Shown here: one piece after another, positions 46,073 through 55,658 of the stretch
How the letters are laid out: each line of letters opens with the position of its first letter
Numbering within the stretch: the first letter of the stretch is position 1
DNA from: an uncultured Ruminococcus sp.
GTDB taxonomy: Bacteria > Bacillota > Clostridia > Oscillospirales > CAG-272
Length of the DNA: 58,092 bases
Assembly: GCA_902761695.1 (NCBI GenBank)
Contig: CACWLT010000006.1
Span: forward strand, 1-58,092
Direction: 5' to 3'
Position numbers and translations under genes: made by a program
Notes under the pieces: generated by a model
Databases searched by the model: none
What the model saw: only the letters and a program-made list of their open reading frames with translations
What the model was told of the DNA's origin: nothing

Positions 46073-47548
46073 ATGAAAAAGCAGCTTTCACTTCTGCTGG
46101 CTCTTCTGACGCTCCTGCCGTCCCTGGCGGCGTGCGGCGAAAGCGAGGTCAACACGGAGGAGGAGACGACCTCCGTCCAGAGCAGCGAAGTGGTTTCCCC
46201 CGCGGAGACGGAGCCCCCGGAGACGGAGCTGCCGCTGCCCGAGGCCGATTACGACGGATACGAGGTCCGCGTGCTGAACAACATCTCCAACTTCGCCTAC
46301 ACCAACATCGGCGAGGAGGGGCTGACGGGCGAATCGCTGGACGACGCCGTCTTCAACCGCAACAAGACCGTTGAGGACAAGCTGAACGTCACCTTCACCA
46401 TCGAGAAGCGGGAGTACTACGACACCCGGGATACCATCACGAAGGTGGTGTCCGCCGGCGAGGACGTCTACGATTTCTACACCTGCGACCTCAACATCCT
46501 GCTGGGCCACGCCATGAACGGGTACGTCCTGAACGCGAAGAACGTGGACACCCTCCAGTTCGATCAGCCCTGGTGGAACAAGCAGGCCATCGATTCCGTC
46601 TCCATCGGGGACGCGGTCTACGGCTTCTTCGGGGACCTGCACACCGGGTACTTCGAGAGCCACAACGTGGCGGCCTTCAACAAGCGGATCCTGACCGACC
46701 TGAACCTGTCCGATCCCTACGAGCTGGTCCGCAACAACGAGTGGACGCTGGATAAGATGATCGTCATGATGGACGCGGCGAAGATGGATCTGGACGGCGA
46801 CGGCAAATGGACGGTGGAGGATCAGTACGGTCTCTCCATGTTCCAGGGCAACTGGTCCCTGGCCTTCATCACCGGCGGAAACGCCTTCATCGTGCAGAAG
46901 GACGAGAACAACCTGCCCGTCTGGAATGGTATCAGCGAGCGGTTCCTGACGATCTTCGAGGCGGCGGCGACGGGCATTTTCGACGAGAACACCAACAACG
47001 CCATCAACGCCCGGGGCACCCTTCCCGGAGATCTGGAGCTTTACCGGCTGATGTTCATCTACGACCGGGTGCTGTTCCTGGTGACGCAGATCGGCGTTCT
47101 GAAGAACATGCGGGACGTGAATTTCGAGCTGGGCGTCGTTCCGTCCCCGAAATTCGACCAGACCCAGGAGAACTACGTATCCCTCATCTTCCAGGGGGCC
47201 AACGCGGTGGGCATTCCGCTGACCAATCCCGACGCGGAGCGCACCGGCGTGGTGCTGGACTATCTGGCGGCCATGTCCACCGACACCGTCCGCGACGTCT
47301 ACATCAACCAGACCCTGGACTTCAAGTACATTCAGGACCAGGAGAGCCAGGAAATGCTGGACATCATCCTGTCCACGGGCACCTTTGAGATCGCGGCGGT
47401 TTACGACTGGGGCGGCATCGCGGGGCAGGTCATGACGCTGCTCAACGCGGGCAAGACCACGCTGGCGTCCACGGCGGCCAAGCTGGAGAAGCGGGTCGTG
47501 AAGGCGATGGAGGAAACGGTCGACACCTTCTCCAAGGTGGGGCAGTGA
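46073..47548 (+). CDS. Extracellular solute-binding lipoprotein, paralog 7
   Basis: MKKQLSLLLALLTLLPSLAACGESE lipobox; SDPYELVRNNEWTLDKM and DLDGDGKWTVED motifs. Confidence 0.8.
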   Translation: MKKQLSLLLALLTLLPSLAACGESEVNTEEETTSVQSSEVVSPAETEPPETELPLPEADYDGYEVRVLNNISNFAYTNIGEEGLTGESLDDAVFNRNKTVEDKLNVTFTIEKREYYDTRDTITKVVSAGEDVYDFYTCDLNILLGHAMNGYVLNAKNVDTLQFDQPWWNKQAIDSVSIGDAVYGFFGDLHTGYFESHNVAAFNKRILTDLNLSDPYELVRNNEWTLDKMIVMMDAAKMDLDGDGKWTVEDQYGLSMFQGNWSLAFITGGNAFIVQKDENNLPVWNGISERFLTIFEAAATGIFDENTNNAINARGTLPGDLELYRLMFIYDRVLFLVTQIGVLKNMRDVNFELGVVPSPKFDQTQENYVSLIFQGANAVGIPLTNPDAERTGVVLDYLAAMSTDTVRDVYINQTLDFKYIQDQESQEMLDIILSTGTFEIAAVYDWGGIAGQVMTLLNAGKTTLASTAAKLEKRVVKAMEETVDTFSKVGQ

Positions 47549-47609
47549 TACGCAGCCGACCGTTTGCCGGAGCCGATTTCACAGACAGAATCAAGAAAGG
47601 AACAGAGCA

Positions 47610-49138
47610 ATGAAAAAAACAGTTTCACTTCTGCTGGCGTTTTTTCTGCTTCTGACATCACTGGCGGCCTGCGGGGAGAGCGAAGAGAACGCGGGGACCG
47701 ATAACGCGGGATCCGTACAGTCCGGCGGCGACGGCAATCCTTCCGCGGAAACGGAGGCGGAGACCGAATCCCCCACGCCGAACTGGGACGTTGTCTCAAA
47801 GACGGATCTTGGCGGGATGGACATTATTGCCACCACCAACGACTTCGATTCCAACTTCTACAACGTTCTGGACTGGGACGAGATCACCGGGGACAATCTG
47901 AAGGACGCCATGTACAACCGCAACCGGGCCGTGGAGAGCGCGCTGAACTGCGTCTTCTCCGTGGTCTACGGCGGCGGGACCGGCATACTGGAAAAATCCG
48001 TCTCGGCGGGAAGCGGGGACGTGGATTTCGCCTACAACCTGGTCAGCGCGGGCGGCGGACTGATCCAGAAGGGGTATCTCTCGCCCTTCGACATGCTGGA
48101 CAACATCGACATGACGAAGGCGTACTGGGATCAGGGCGCGCAAAAATACCTCCGGATCCTCGGGAAGATGTATTTCGGCTTCGTCGAATCCTGGGGAAGA
48201 TGTATTTCGGCTTCGTGGATTTCGGCTTCGACCACTACGACTCCCTGGCGGTGCTGTTCTACAACGGCAAGCTGGTGACCGACTATCAGCTGGAGGATCC
48301 TCAGGAGATGGTGCTGGAGGACACCTGGACCATCGACAAGATGTCCGATCAGATCGCCGCGGTGCTGACCGACGTCAACGGGGACGGGAAGTACACGCTG
48401 ACGGAGGACGTATTCGGTCTGACGGGCCGGGAATACTGGTTCCAGCCCTTCCTGAACCGCTCCGGCGAATACCTCATCACCTGGGACGACAAGGCGGAGA
48501 ATTTCGTGCTCCACATGACCGACGACCGGTTCGTGCGGGTGTCCGAGGTGATCACCTCCATCTACAGCAGCCAGAATCCGGCGACGGACTACTCCGACTA
48601 TGACAAGGGGCGCGTCGCGTTCTCCGAGGGACGGTCCCTGTTCTACTTCCGCCTGCCGGGCGACTTCCGGCAGCTGCGCGAGGTGGAGGACGACTACGGC
48701 GTGGTGTGCTTCCCGCGGTATGCCGAGGACGGCGGCAATTCCTCCTATTTCGTGAAGAATCCCACGACCCTGTATCTGCCCACGGTGGTCTGCGATGCCA
48801 ACGGGGACGGGCGGCAGGACTACGACGAGATCGGCGCGTTCCTCGAGGCCATGGGCGCGTACACGTACGACAACACGCTGGACGTCTATCTGGAGAACAC
48901 CGTCATCGGCAAGGGCATGCGGGACGAGCGGTCCGCAGACATGGTGCGGCTGATGATGAAAAACCGCTCCTTCGACCTGGGCGAGGCCTTCAGTCTCCAC
49001 GACGTGATGGACATTTACCGCCTTGCCGTCATCAAGGGAGAGGGTCTGGCCTCCAGCGAGCAGAAGGCGGAGAAGTTCTTCAACCGGCTGACGTCCAAGA
49101 TCGTCGACAAGATCCGGGAATTCGATATCGGAAACTGA
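47610..49138 (+). pseudogene. Solute-binding lipoprotein, paralog 8, frameshifted by a 32-bp tandem duplication
   Basis: ORF 47610..48278 (MKKTVSLLLAFFLLLTSLAACGESE…LGKMYFGFVESWGRC…*) and ORF 48200..49138 (MYFGFVDFGFDHYDSLAVLFYNGKL…). Removing one repeat copy restores a single frame reading …ILGKMYFGFVDFGFDHYD…. Confidence 0.75.
48156..48219 (+). repeat. 32-bp direct tandem duplication (2 mismatches) inside the SBP gene
   Basis: 48156-48187 ATCCTCGGGAAGATGTATTTCGGCTTCGTCGA; 48188-48219 ATCCTGGGGAAGATGTATTTCGGCTTCGTGGA. Confidence 0.9.
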
Positions 49139-49181
49139 CGCGGCATCCTCAGCCGCGGCAAACAGGAAAGGAATAATCTCT

Positions 49182-51338
49182 ATGACACGCACCCCCGAAA
49201 TCCGCGCGAAGGAGCTCCTCGCGCAGCTCACCATCGAGGAAAAACTGCATCAGCTCACGGCGCAGATGGTGTTCGACATCGGCGAGGGCTACGAGGACCG
49301 GCGGGATCCCCTCTGCGGCTGCTACCGCAATCCCGGCCATTTCATGCACCAGAACGGGAGGATCTCCTCCCCCGGCGAGGTGGCCCGGCGGATCAATCTG
49401 GACGTGAAGCAGAGCATGGAGGCCCAGCCCCACGCCATTCCGCCCCTGGAGCACGGGGAAAGTCTCCACGGCGCGCAGTGGGGGATGGCGACCATCTTCC
49501 CGCAGCCCATCGGACTGGCGTCCACCTTTGATCCCGCGCTGGTGGGGGAGGCGGCGGACGTGATCGGGCGGGAGACTGCGGCGGTGGGCGTGCGTCAGGC
49601 GCTGGCTCCCGTGGTGAACCTGGCCCGGGACGTGCGCTGGGGACGGACCATCGAGACCTTCGGGGAGGATCCGAAGCTGGCGGGGGATATGGGCGCGGTC
49701 ATGTGCCGGGGATTCGAGCACAACGGCGTCGCGGCCACTCCGAAGCATTTCGTCGACAACTACGCGGACGGCGGGCGGGACTCCAACTACTCCACCCACT
49801 CCGAGCGGGAGCTGCGGGAGGTCTATCTCAAGCCCTTCGAGGCTTGCTTCAAGGAGGGCGGGGCCCACGGCGTCATGGCGGCCTACAACAGCCTCTTCAA
49901 CGGACTGCCCGCCCACGCCAATCCGTGGCTGCTGACGAAGGTGCTGCGGGAGGAATGGGGCTTTGACGGCATCGTGGTGTCCGATTACGGCGGCGTGGAC
50001 GGTACGGCGGGCGCTCACCGGATCGCGGGGGATCTGCCCGAGGCGGTGGCCATCTGTCTCTCCTCCGGTCTGGACGTGACCCTGTCCAATCTGGATTACA
50101 AGGATATCCGGGAGGCCTGGGACCGGGGGATTCTGCCGGAGGAGGTCGTGGACCGGGCGGTGCTCCGGCTGCTGACGCTGAAATTCCGGCTGGGGCTGTT
50201 CGATCACCCCGCCGTCGACCCGGACGAGGCGGACCGTATCGTGCGGTGCGAGGCACACAAAAAAACCGCGCTGGAGGCGGCCCGGAAGAGTCTGGTGCTG
50301 CTCGAGAACGACGGGATGCTGCCGTTTGAGAAGGGCAAAATCAGGACCCTTGGCGTGTTCGGACCCGGGGCGGACGTTCTTCCCACGGGCAGAAACTACT
50401 CCGGTCCCTATGCCCATCTCTGGGAGGCCGAGGACGCGCGCTCGCCCCTGGCCTACTTCCGGGAGCACGCGGAGGGGGTGGAGATCGTGACCGGGGGAGA
50501 CGACGAGATCCCGGCTCTGGCTCCCCGGTGCGACGCCGTGCTGTACTTCACCTTCATCGTGGAGGGCGAGGGGCTGGACCGCTCCGACCTGAAGCTGCCG
50601 GCCTACCGCACCGCCTCAGCGAAGGACGAGGCCGCCCAGATCGTGGACAAGGCGGAGCTGACCGTCGAGGTGGATCAGGAGGCGTCGATCCTCAAGCTGG
50701 CGGAGGCGAATCCCAACGCTGCGGTGATCCTGATGAACGGGGCTCCGGTGGACGTGTCGGCATGGCGGGGCGCGGTCCGGGCGGTGCTCGAGGCGTGGTA
50801 TCCCGGCGAGGGAGGTGCGGAGGCTCTGTGGGAGACCCTGTGGGGGGACAGCAACCCCGGCGGGAAGCTGCCCGTGAGCTGGCCGAAATCCGTGGGTCAG
50901 CTGCCGCTCTTCTACGGATACAAGCCCAGCGGCCGGGGCTACGGCTACGAGAACAACGACGGAAAACCGCTGTATCCCTTCGGCTACGGGCTGAGCTACA
51001 CGTCCTTTGTCCTGAAGAATCCGGAACTGACGAGGATGGATGCGGGCTGGGCGCTGTCCCTGGACGTTGAGAACACCGGGACCCGGGGCGGGGACGAGGT
51101 GGTGCAGGTCTATCTGACCTCGAAGCGGACGACGGTCGTGCGGCCGGTGAAGGAGCTGGTCGCCTATTGCCGGGTTTCCGTGCCGGGCGGCGAATGCGCG
51201 CGGGTGACGCTGGACATTCCGGAGTGGGTCACCTGGTATTACGACGCGGACATGAATTTCGGGCCCCACGGCGGCGAATTCACCCTGCTCGTCGGCACGT
51301 CGGCGGAGGACAGGGCGTTCTCCGTCGGGCTGGAATGA
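49182..51338 (+). CDS. GH3 beta-glucosidase/beta-xylosidase
   Basis: 718 aa. ESLHGAQW, KHFVDNYADGG and GIVVSDYGG (GH3 SD nucleophile motif), plus a C-terminal Fn3-like/PA14-less layout. Confidence 0.8.
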   Translation: MTRTPEIRAKELLAQLTIEEKLHQLTAQMVFDIGEGYEDRRDPLCGCYRNPGHFMHQNGRISSPGEVARRINLDVKQSMEAQPHAIPPLEHGESLHGAQWGMATIFPQPIGLASTFDPALVGEAADVIGRETAAVGVRQALAPVVNLARDVRWGRTIETFGEDPKLAGDMGAVMCRGFEHNGVAATPKHFVDNYADGGRDSNYSTHSERELREVYLKPFEACFKEGGAHGVMAAYNSLFNGLPAHANPWLLTKVLREEWGFDGIVVSDYGGVDGTAGAHRIAGDLPEAVAICLSSGLDVTLSNLDYKDIREAWDRGILPEEVVDRAVLRLLTLKFRLGLFDHPAVDPDEADRIVRCEAHKKTALEAARKSLVLLENDGMLPFEKGKIRTLGVFGPGADVLPTGRNYSGPYAHLWEAEDARSPLAYFREHAEGVEIVTGGDDEIPALAPRCDAVLYFTFIVEGEGLDRSDLKLPAYRTASAKDEAAQIVDKAELTVEVDQEASILKLAEANPNAAVILMNGAPVDVSAWRGAVRAVLEAWYPGEGGAEALWETLWGDSNPGGKLPVSWPKSVGQLPLFYGYKPSGRGYGYENNDGKPLYPFGYGLSYTSFVLKNPELTRMDAGWALSLDVENTGTRGGDEVVQVYLTSKRTTVVRPVKELVAYCRVSVPGGECARVTLDIPEWVTWYYDADMNFGPHGGEFTLLVGTSAEDRAFSVGLE

Positions 51339-51359
51339 GCGCGGCATCCTGGAAGGACA

Positions 51360-51920
51360 ATGGACGGTATGGAATTATATAAAGGGTCACCGGCGGACAT
51401 GACGGGGCGGAGCGACAGGGAAAAGCGGGCCTACGCGCTGCTGGACAGGCTGGGCGTCCCGTTTGAGCGCACGGATCACCCGGACCGGCCGGCTGACACC
51501 ATGGAGGTCTGCGCCGAGGTGGACGCGGTGCTGAACGTGCATATCTGCAAGAACCTGTTTCTGTGCAACCGGTCGAGGACGCAGTACTATCTGCTCGTCA
51601 TGCCCGGGGACAAGCCGTTTAAGACAAGGGAGCTCTCCTCCCAGATCATGTCCAGCCGCCTGTCCTTCGGGGACGAGGAGACCATGGCGCGCCTGCTCGA
51701 TCTGCATCCCGGCAGCGTTTCGGTGCTGGGGCTGATGAACGACGGGGAGCACCGGGTGCGGCTCCTGATCGACGGGGACGTGCTGGAGGAGGAGATGTTC
51801 GGCTGCCATCCCTGCGAGAACACCAGCTCCATCCGCTTCCCCACCCGGGAGCTGACGGAGAAGATCCTGCCCGCGCTGGGGGTGGAGCCGGCGATTGTGC
51901 GCCTGTCGGGGAAAGACTGA
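51360..51920 (+). CDS. YbaK/ProX-family aminoacyl-tRNA deacylase domain protein
   Basis: 186 aa; HICKNLFLCNRSRTQYYLLVMPGDKPFKTRELS and GSVSVLGLMND are typical of prolyl-tRNA-synthetase-associated editing domains. Confidence 0.6.
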   Translation: MDGMELYKGSPADMTGRSDREKRAYALLDRLGVPFERTDHPDRPADTMEVCAEVDAVLNVHICKNLFLCNRSRTQYYLLVMPGDKPFKTRELSSQIMSSRLSFGDEETMARLLDLHPGSVSVLGLMNDGEHRVRLLIDGDVLEEEMFGCHPCENTSSIRFPTRELTEKILPALGVEPAIVRLSGKD

Positions 51921-51987
51921 CGGACGAGGGCTGGCCGACGGAGATTGACAGATAGGAATTGACCGGCGGGGAGGGCCGACAGGAAAG

Positions 51988-53235
51988 ATGAACAGGAAGA
52001 ATTTTGCGTTTGACGGATCCATGACGAGAGAGGTGCTGGAAAACTACCTCTCCCGGGCTGTCACCCACACGGGGCTGACCTACGACAACATGGCGCCCTC
52101 CCGCACCTTTGCGGATGATCTCCGGATGCTCCTTTCCGAAGGGGCGAAGTTCGTGGGGCGGTGCGGGCTGATCTGGCAGGCGACGGACGAAAAAGAGCAC
52201 CGCCGGGTCTCGAGGGAGAGAGCGGAGATCATCCACCGGGCAGATCCCGAGATCATCCTGCAGGGCTGTATTTTTGAATGTATCTGGAAGCCCTACATCG
52301 ACAGCCTGCCCGTTCCCGCATGGGTGTTCGAGGCGTTCGGCCTGCCTGTTGAAGCGCGGAATTTCAGCTACGACGCCATGCTCTACCCGGACGGCACATT
52401 TGTGAATCACTGGGGGATAAACGGCGGATCGGTGGAGGACATCCGGCAGCTCGAGACCCGGATGTACATCTATTACCGCGCCCGGTGCTACATCGACGAC
52501 GGGTTCGAGGCCCTTCACTTCGGGCAGGTCCACCTGATTGGGGCGAAGGACGAGGGCTTCCTTTACTGGAAGGAGACGCTGGACCGGGTGCGAGCTTATG
52601 CGAAAGAACACGCCCGGCGGCATTTCGTCCTCTGCGACGCCCACACCCACGGGATCACCGTGGACGGCGTGTCCCTCTTCGACTACAACGCATGGCCCCT
52701 GCGATTGAAGGAGATCCCGGATCAGCCGCTGGCCTGCGTGCTGGAGGAAGGGTACAACGACAGCATCTGGGGACGGTCGAAGGGCGGCATGACTCCTTCT
52801 GGATGGTACGCAGACTCCCTGCCGTATCTGGTGGAGTTCGACAACTTCGGCAGACGCCCGGACGCCCCGGTGCCGACCCTCGACAGCCACTACGCCTGGG
52901 GCTACGACGAGATCGACTGGCTCATGCTGCACAAGAAGGAGGAACGGGCGGCGATCATCCGGTATGTGTACGATTTCGTCCGGGCACACGGCGGGCACCT
53001 GGAAATGCCTTCCCGCCGCTGTCTGACGGAGGAGTATGAATCGGTCTGGGCGCACCCGGACACGGACTGGCTGGACCGGGTGGCGAAGGACGAATTCCTG
53101 CGGTACACGGTGGACGAGGACGGAAACGCGCACATCCTCCGCCGGTATTACAGCGCGAACAACCCGTCGGACGGCTGTCCCTTCGGGCTGGGCGACGAGG
53201 AGATTATCACGGAGCTCTGGCGCGGGGAAGAATAA
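51988..53235 (+). CDS. Hypothetical 415-aa cytoplasmic protein (possibly TIM-barrel glycan-active)
   Basis: Long ORF in the coding frame of a GH island, with no recognisable motifs. Its TAA stop lies inside the terminal repeat of MITE copy D. Confidence 0.3.
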   Translation: MNRKNFAFDGSMTREVLENYLSRAVTHTGLTYDNMAPSRTFADDLRMLLSEGAKFVGRCGLIWQATDEKEHRRVSRERAEIIHRADPEIILQGCIFECIWKPYIDSLPVPAWVFEAFGLPVEARNFSYDAMLYPDGTFVNHWGINGGSVEDIRQLETRMYIYYRARCYIDDGFEALHFGQVHLIGAKDEGFLYWKETLDRVRAYAKEHARRHFVLCDAHTHGITVDGVSLFDYNAWPLRLKEIPDQPLACVLEEGYNDSIWGRSKGGMTPSGWYADSLPYLVEFDNFGRRPDAPVPTLDSHYAWGYDEIDWLMLHKKEERAAIIRYVYDFVRAHGGHLEMPSRRCLTEEYESVWAHPDTDWLDRVAKDEFLRYTVDEDGNAHILRRYYSANNPSDGCPFGLGDEEIITELWRGEE

Positions 53236-53388
53236 TACTATTCTCAGTCTAAAAAGGAAATTTGAATAAGGTATGGGAAAGCAGAACCTGAGAAAATGAG
53301 TTGCACGTTACCCCGTGCTGCACTTTGATAAGGTCCGGGCTTCCCTTTCAAGAAGCCGCGTTTCCCTTTTAGCTTGAGATTGGTATTA
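53233..53388 (-). mobile_element. MITE-like TIR repeat, copy D (156 bp, internally shortened, reverse orientation)
   Basis: Plus-strand ends are TAATACTATTCTCAGTCTAAAAAGG … CCCTTTTAGCTTGAGATTGGTATTA. The core variant is GTGCAGCACGGGGTAACGTGCAACTCA on the minus strand. Both flanking convergent stop codons lie within the termini. Confidence 0.8.
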
Positions 53389-54546
53389 CGCTTCCGCCCC
53401 GAGGACGGCGGCGTAGGCGGTGTTGCGGATCATGCCGTGCCATTCGTACCACTTTGATCCGGCCTCCTGCTGGGCGTAGAAGATGCCGACGCCGTTTTCC
53501 GGGTCCGCCAGCAGATAGCAGCCGAGAGCTCCGTCCCAGCCGAACTCCCCGTTGGCGCTTAAGGAATTGTTCCGCTCCCGGCAGAGCAGGGTCCGCACGC
53601 CCAGACCGTAGCCGTAGCCCGCCTTGCTCCAGCCGCCCATGGCCTCGAAGTCCCGCATGGCGTCGGGGTTCAGCTGATTTTCGCGCATGGCGTCGACGGA
53701 TTCCGGGGAGAGCACGCGTACCCCGTCCGCCGTGACGCCCCGGTTGGAGAGCATGGCGGCCAGCTTCGCGTAATCACGGAGGGAGGAGATCAGCCCGCCG
53801 CCTCCGGAACGGTACGCGGGTCCCATGCCCATGTCCACGCCCTCCTTGCGGATCACGGCGCGGGCAGTCCCCATGGCTCCGTCAAAGCCGTGGATCTCGG
53901 GGGCCATGCGGGACCGCTGCTCCTCCGTCAGCACGAAGGTTGTATCCGTCATGCCGAGGGGATCGAAGAGCTCCCGGCGCAGTACGTCGGGGTAGGGAAT
54001 GCCCGCCGCCGCCTCCATCACCGCCGCCAGCACGTCGTGGCAGAAGCTGTACCGGAAATGGGTCCCCGGCTCAAAGGCCAGAGGCTCCGCGACAAGGGCC
54101 GCCGCGACCTGCCGGGTGGTGGGGCGTCCGTTCGTTTCCCGGATGAGGTTCTTCACGGCGGCGGTGGTGCCGTCGTAGGTGAGGCCCGCCGACATGGACA
54201 GCAGGTGGCGCACCGTGATGGAGATCCGGACGGGATGAACCTCTCCGTCCTCTCCCCGCACTGTCGCCCGGTCCAGCTCCGGGAGCCATTCCGCCGCCGG
54301 GGCGTCCAGCGTCAGGATTCCCTTCTCGATCAGCCTCACGGCGGCTGCGGCGGTGGAGATCTTGGTGGCGGAATAGAGGTTCACCAGGGTGTCCGGTCCG
54401 AAGGGAATCCCCCGCTCAAAGTCCGCGAATCCGGCGCAGTGCTCGTGGACGGTTTTCCCCCCGACGGTGACGGCGCACCCAAGGCCGGGGATGTTCTTCT
54501 CCCGGTAAAAGCTGTCGAGATACCGGTCCAGAGCGGTAAAATTCAT
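53386..54546 (-). CDS. Beta-lactamase-family serine hydrolase (class C/esterase type)
   Basis: ORF trimmed to MNFTALDRY at 54546 (GAGGAGGAAGG upstream, ATGA overlap with the upstream stop); LYSATK is an SxxK motif. Confidence 0.7.
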   Translation of the reverse strand: MNFTALDRYLDSFYREKNIPGLGCAVTVGGKTVHEHCAGFADFERGIPFGPDTLVNLYSATKISTAAAAVRLIEKGILTLDAPAAEWLPELDRATVRGEDGEVHPVRISITVRHLLSMSAGLTYDGTTAAVKNLIRETNGRPTTRQVAAALVAEPLAFEPGTHFRYSFCHDVLAAVMEAAAGIPYPDVLRRELFDPLGMTDTTFVLTEEQRSRMAPEIHGFDGAMGTARAVIRKEGVDMGMGPAYRSGGGGLISSLRDYAKLAAMLSNRGVTADGVRVLSPESVDAMRENQLNPDAMRDFEAMGGWSKAGYGYGLGVRTLLCRERNNSLSANGEFGWDGALGCYLLADPENGVGIFYAQQEAGSKWYEWHGMIRNTAYAAVLGAEA

Positions 54547-55511
54547 GCCTTCCTCCTCATCCACCCCGCCGGCAGATCGTCGAGCGGTTCCGGCAGGGTG
54601 AGTTTCTTCCCCACCTCGGCGAAGGCGGCGCGGAGGTTGTCGTCCACCGATCCGTCCGCACGGGGGCTGATGTTGTTCATGAAGTTCACGTTCTTCGAGA
54701 AGCAGTCCTCTGCCAGCTCCACGATCCAGTCCGCGGACCGGGGCGGCGTTTCGGGATCCGTGGCCCGCCAGAACCACGTCCCGGTCATTTTCTGGCAGAG
54801 GATCCCGGGGCCGGAGAACTCCCCTTCCAGCTTCTGTCCCGCGCCGCCCTCGTAGAAGCAGATGTCGGAATGCTCGATGTCCTTCGTCCATCCGATGCAG
54901 AGGGAGAGGCAGTCCGGCTGGAGGGATTTCACAAGGCCGTCGATCTCCTCAAAGGGCAGGGCTTCGTAGGACGGTCCGCCCCAGGGGGAGCTCCACCCGT
55001 CGAACATGATGAAGGGGATCTCGCCGTAGTTCGTGAGAAGCTCCGTGATCTGCCCCTTTACGGCCGCAACCTGCTCCGGGGTGCAGCTGCGCCGTCCGAA
55101 GCCCGCCGTCAGATCGAGGATGGAAAAATACAGTCCCGCCACGATCCCCGCCTCCCGGAACGCCGTCAGATATTCCTTTACCACATCCGTTTTGTTCGTC
55201 GCGTTGCGGACGCAGTGCTCGGAGTACGCCGTGGGCCAGGTGCAGAAGCCCTCGTGGTGCTTGGTCGTATAGGCGGCGAAGCGGCATCCCCCGGCTTTCG
55301 CGGTTTCGGCCCACTGACGGCAGTCGAGGTGTGTCGGATTCCAGTCCTTTTCATTGAAGGGGTATTTCCGGGGCTCGTTCCCGTTTTCGTGCATGAACTC
55401 CCAGTCCTCGGTGTCCCCGGTGTTGAACTGGACTGCCGCGCTGTTCCAGTGGATGAAGGTCCCCATGCGGAGGTTGATGAAGTTTTTCTGTAATGTCTCA
55501 AGATGCGTCAT
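54543..55511 (-). CDS. GH29 alpha-L-fucosidase (catalytic domain only, 322 aa)
   Basis: MGTFIHWN, TTKHHEGFCTWPTAYSEHCVRNA and LYFSILD motifs. Confidence 0.7.
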   Translation of the reverse strand: MTHLETLQKNFINLRMGTFIHWNSAAVQFNTGDTEDWEFMHENGNEPRKYPFNEKDWNPTHLDCRQWAETAKAGGCRFAAYTTKHHEGFCTWPTAYSEHCVRNATNKTDVVKEYLTAFREAGIVAGLYFSILDLTAGFGRRSCTPEQVAAVKGQITELLTNYGEIPFIMFDGWSSPWGGPSYEALPFEEIDGLVKSLQPDCLSLCIGWTKDIEHSDICFYEGGAGQKLEGEFSGPGILCQKMTGTWFWRATDPETPPRSADWIVELAEDCFSKNVNFMNNISPRADGSVDDNLRAAFAEVGKKLTLPEPLDDLPAGWMRRKA

Positions 55512-55552
55512 GATGATGGATCCTTTCGTTTCGGGCTTGCGGTGCCGTTCCC

Positions 55553-55581
55553 ATTATACAGGATCCGCGGAGGCATTTCCA
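55553..55581 (-). promoter_or_regulatory. Minus-strand promoter for the GH29/serine hydrolase pair
   Basis: Read on the minus strand: TGGAAA (55581-55576), 17-nt spacer, TATAAT (55558-55553). Confidence 0.45.
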
Positions 55582-55602
55582 CCCCTTTCGCGCAATTCGT
55601 TC

Positions 55603-55631
55603 AAACGGAGTACACAAAGGTGTGGTACAAT
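55603..55631 (+). promoter_or_regulatory. Extended -10 promoter for the esterase gene
   Basis: TGGTACAAT with the -10 at 55626-55631; the -35 is weak. Confidence 0.35.
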
Positions 55632-55658
55632 GGGACAAATCAGGAAGGAGGCTTTGTT

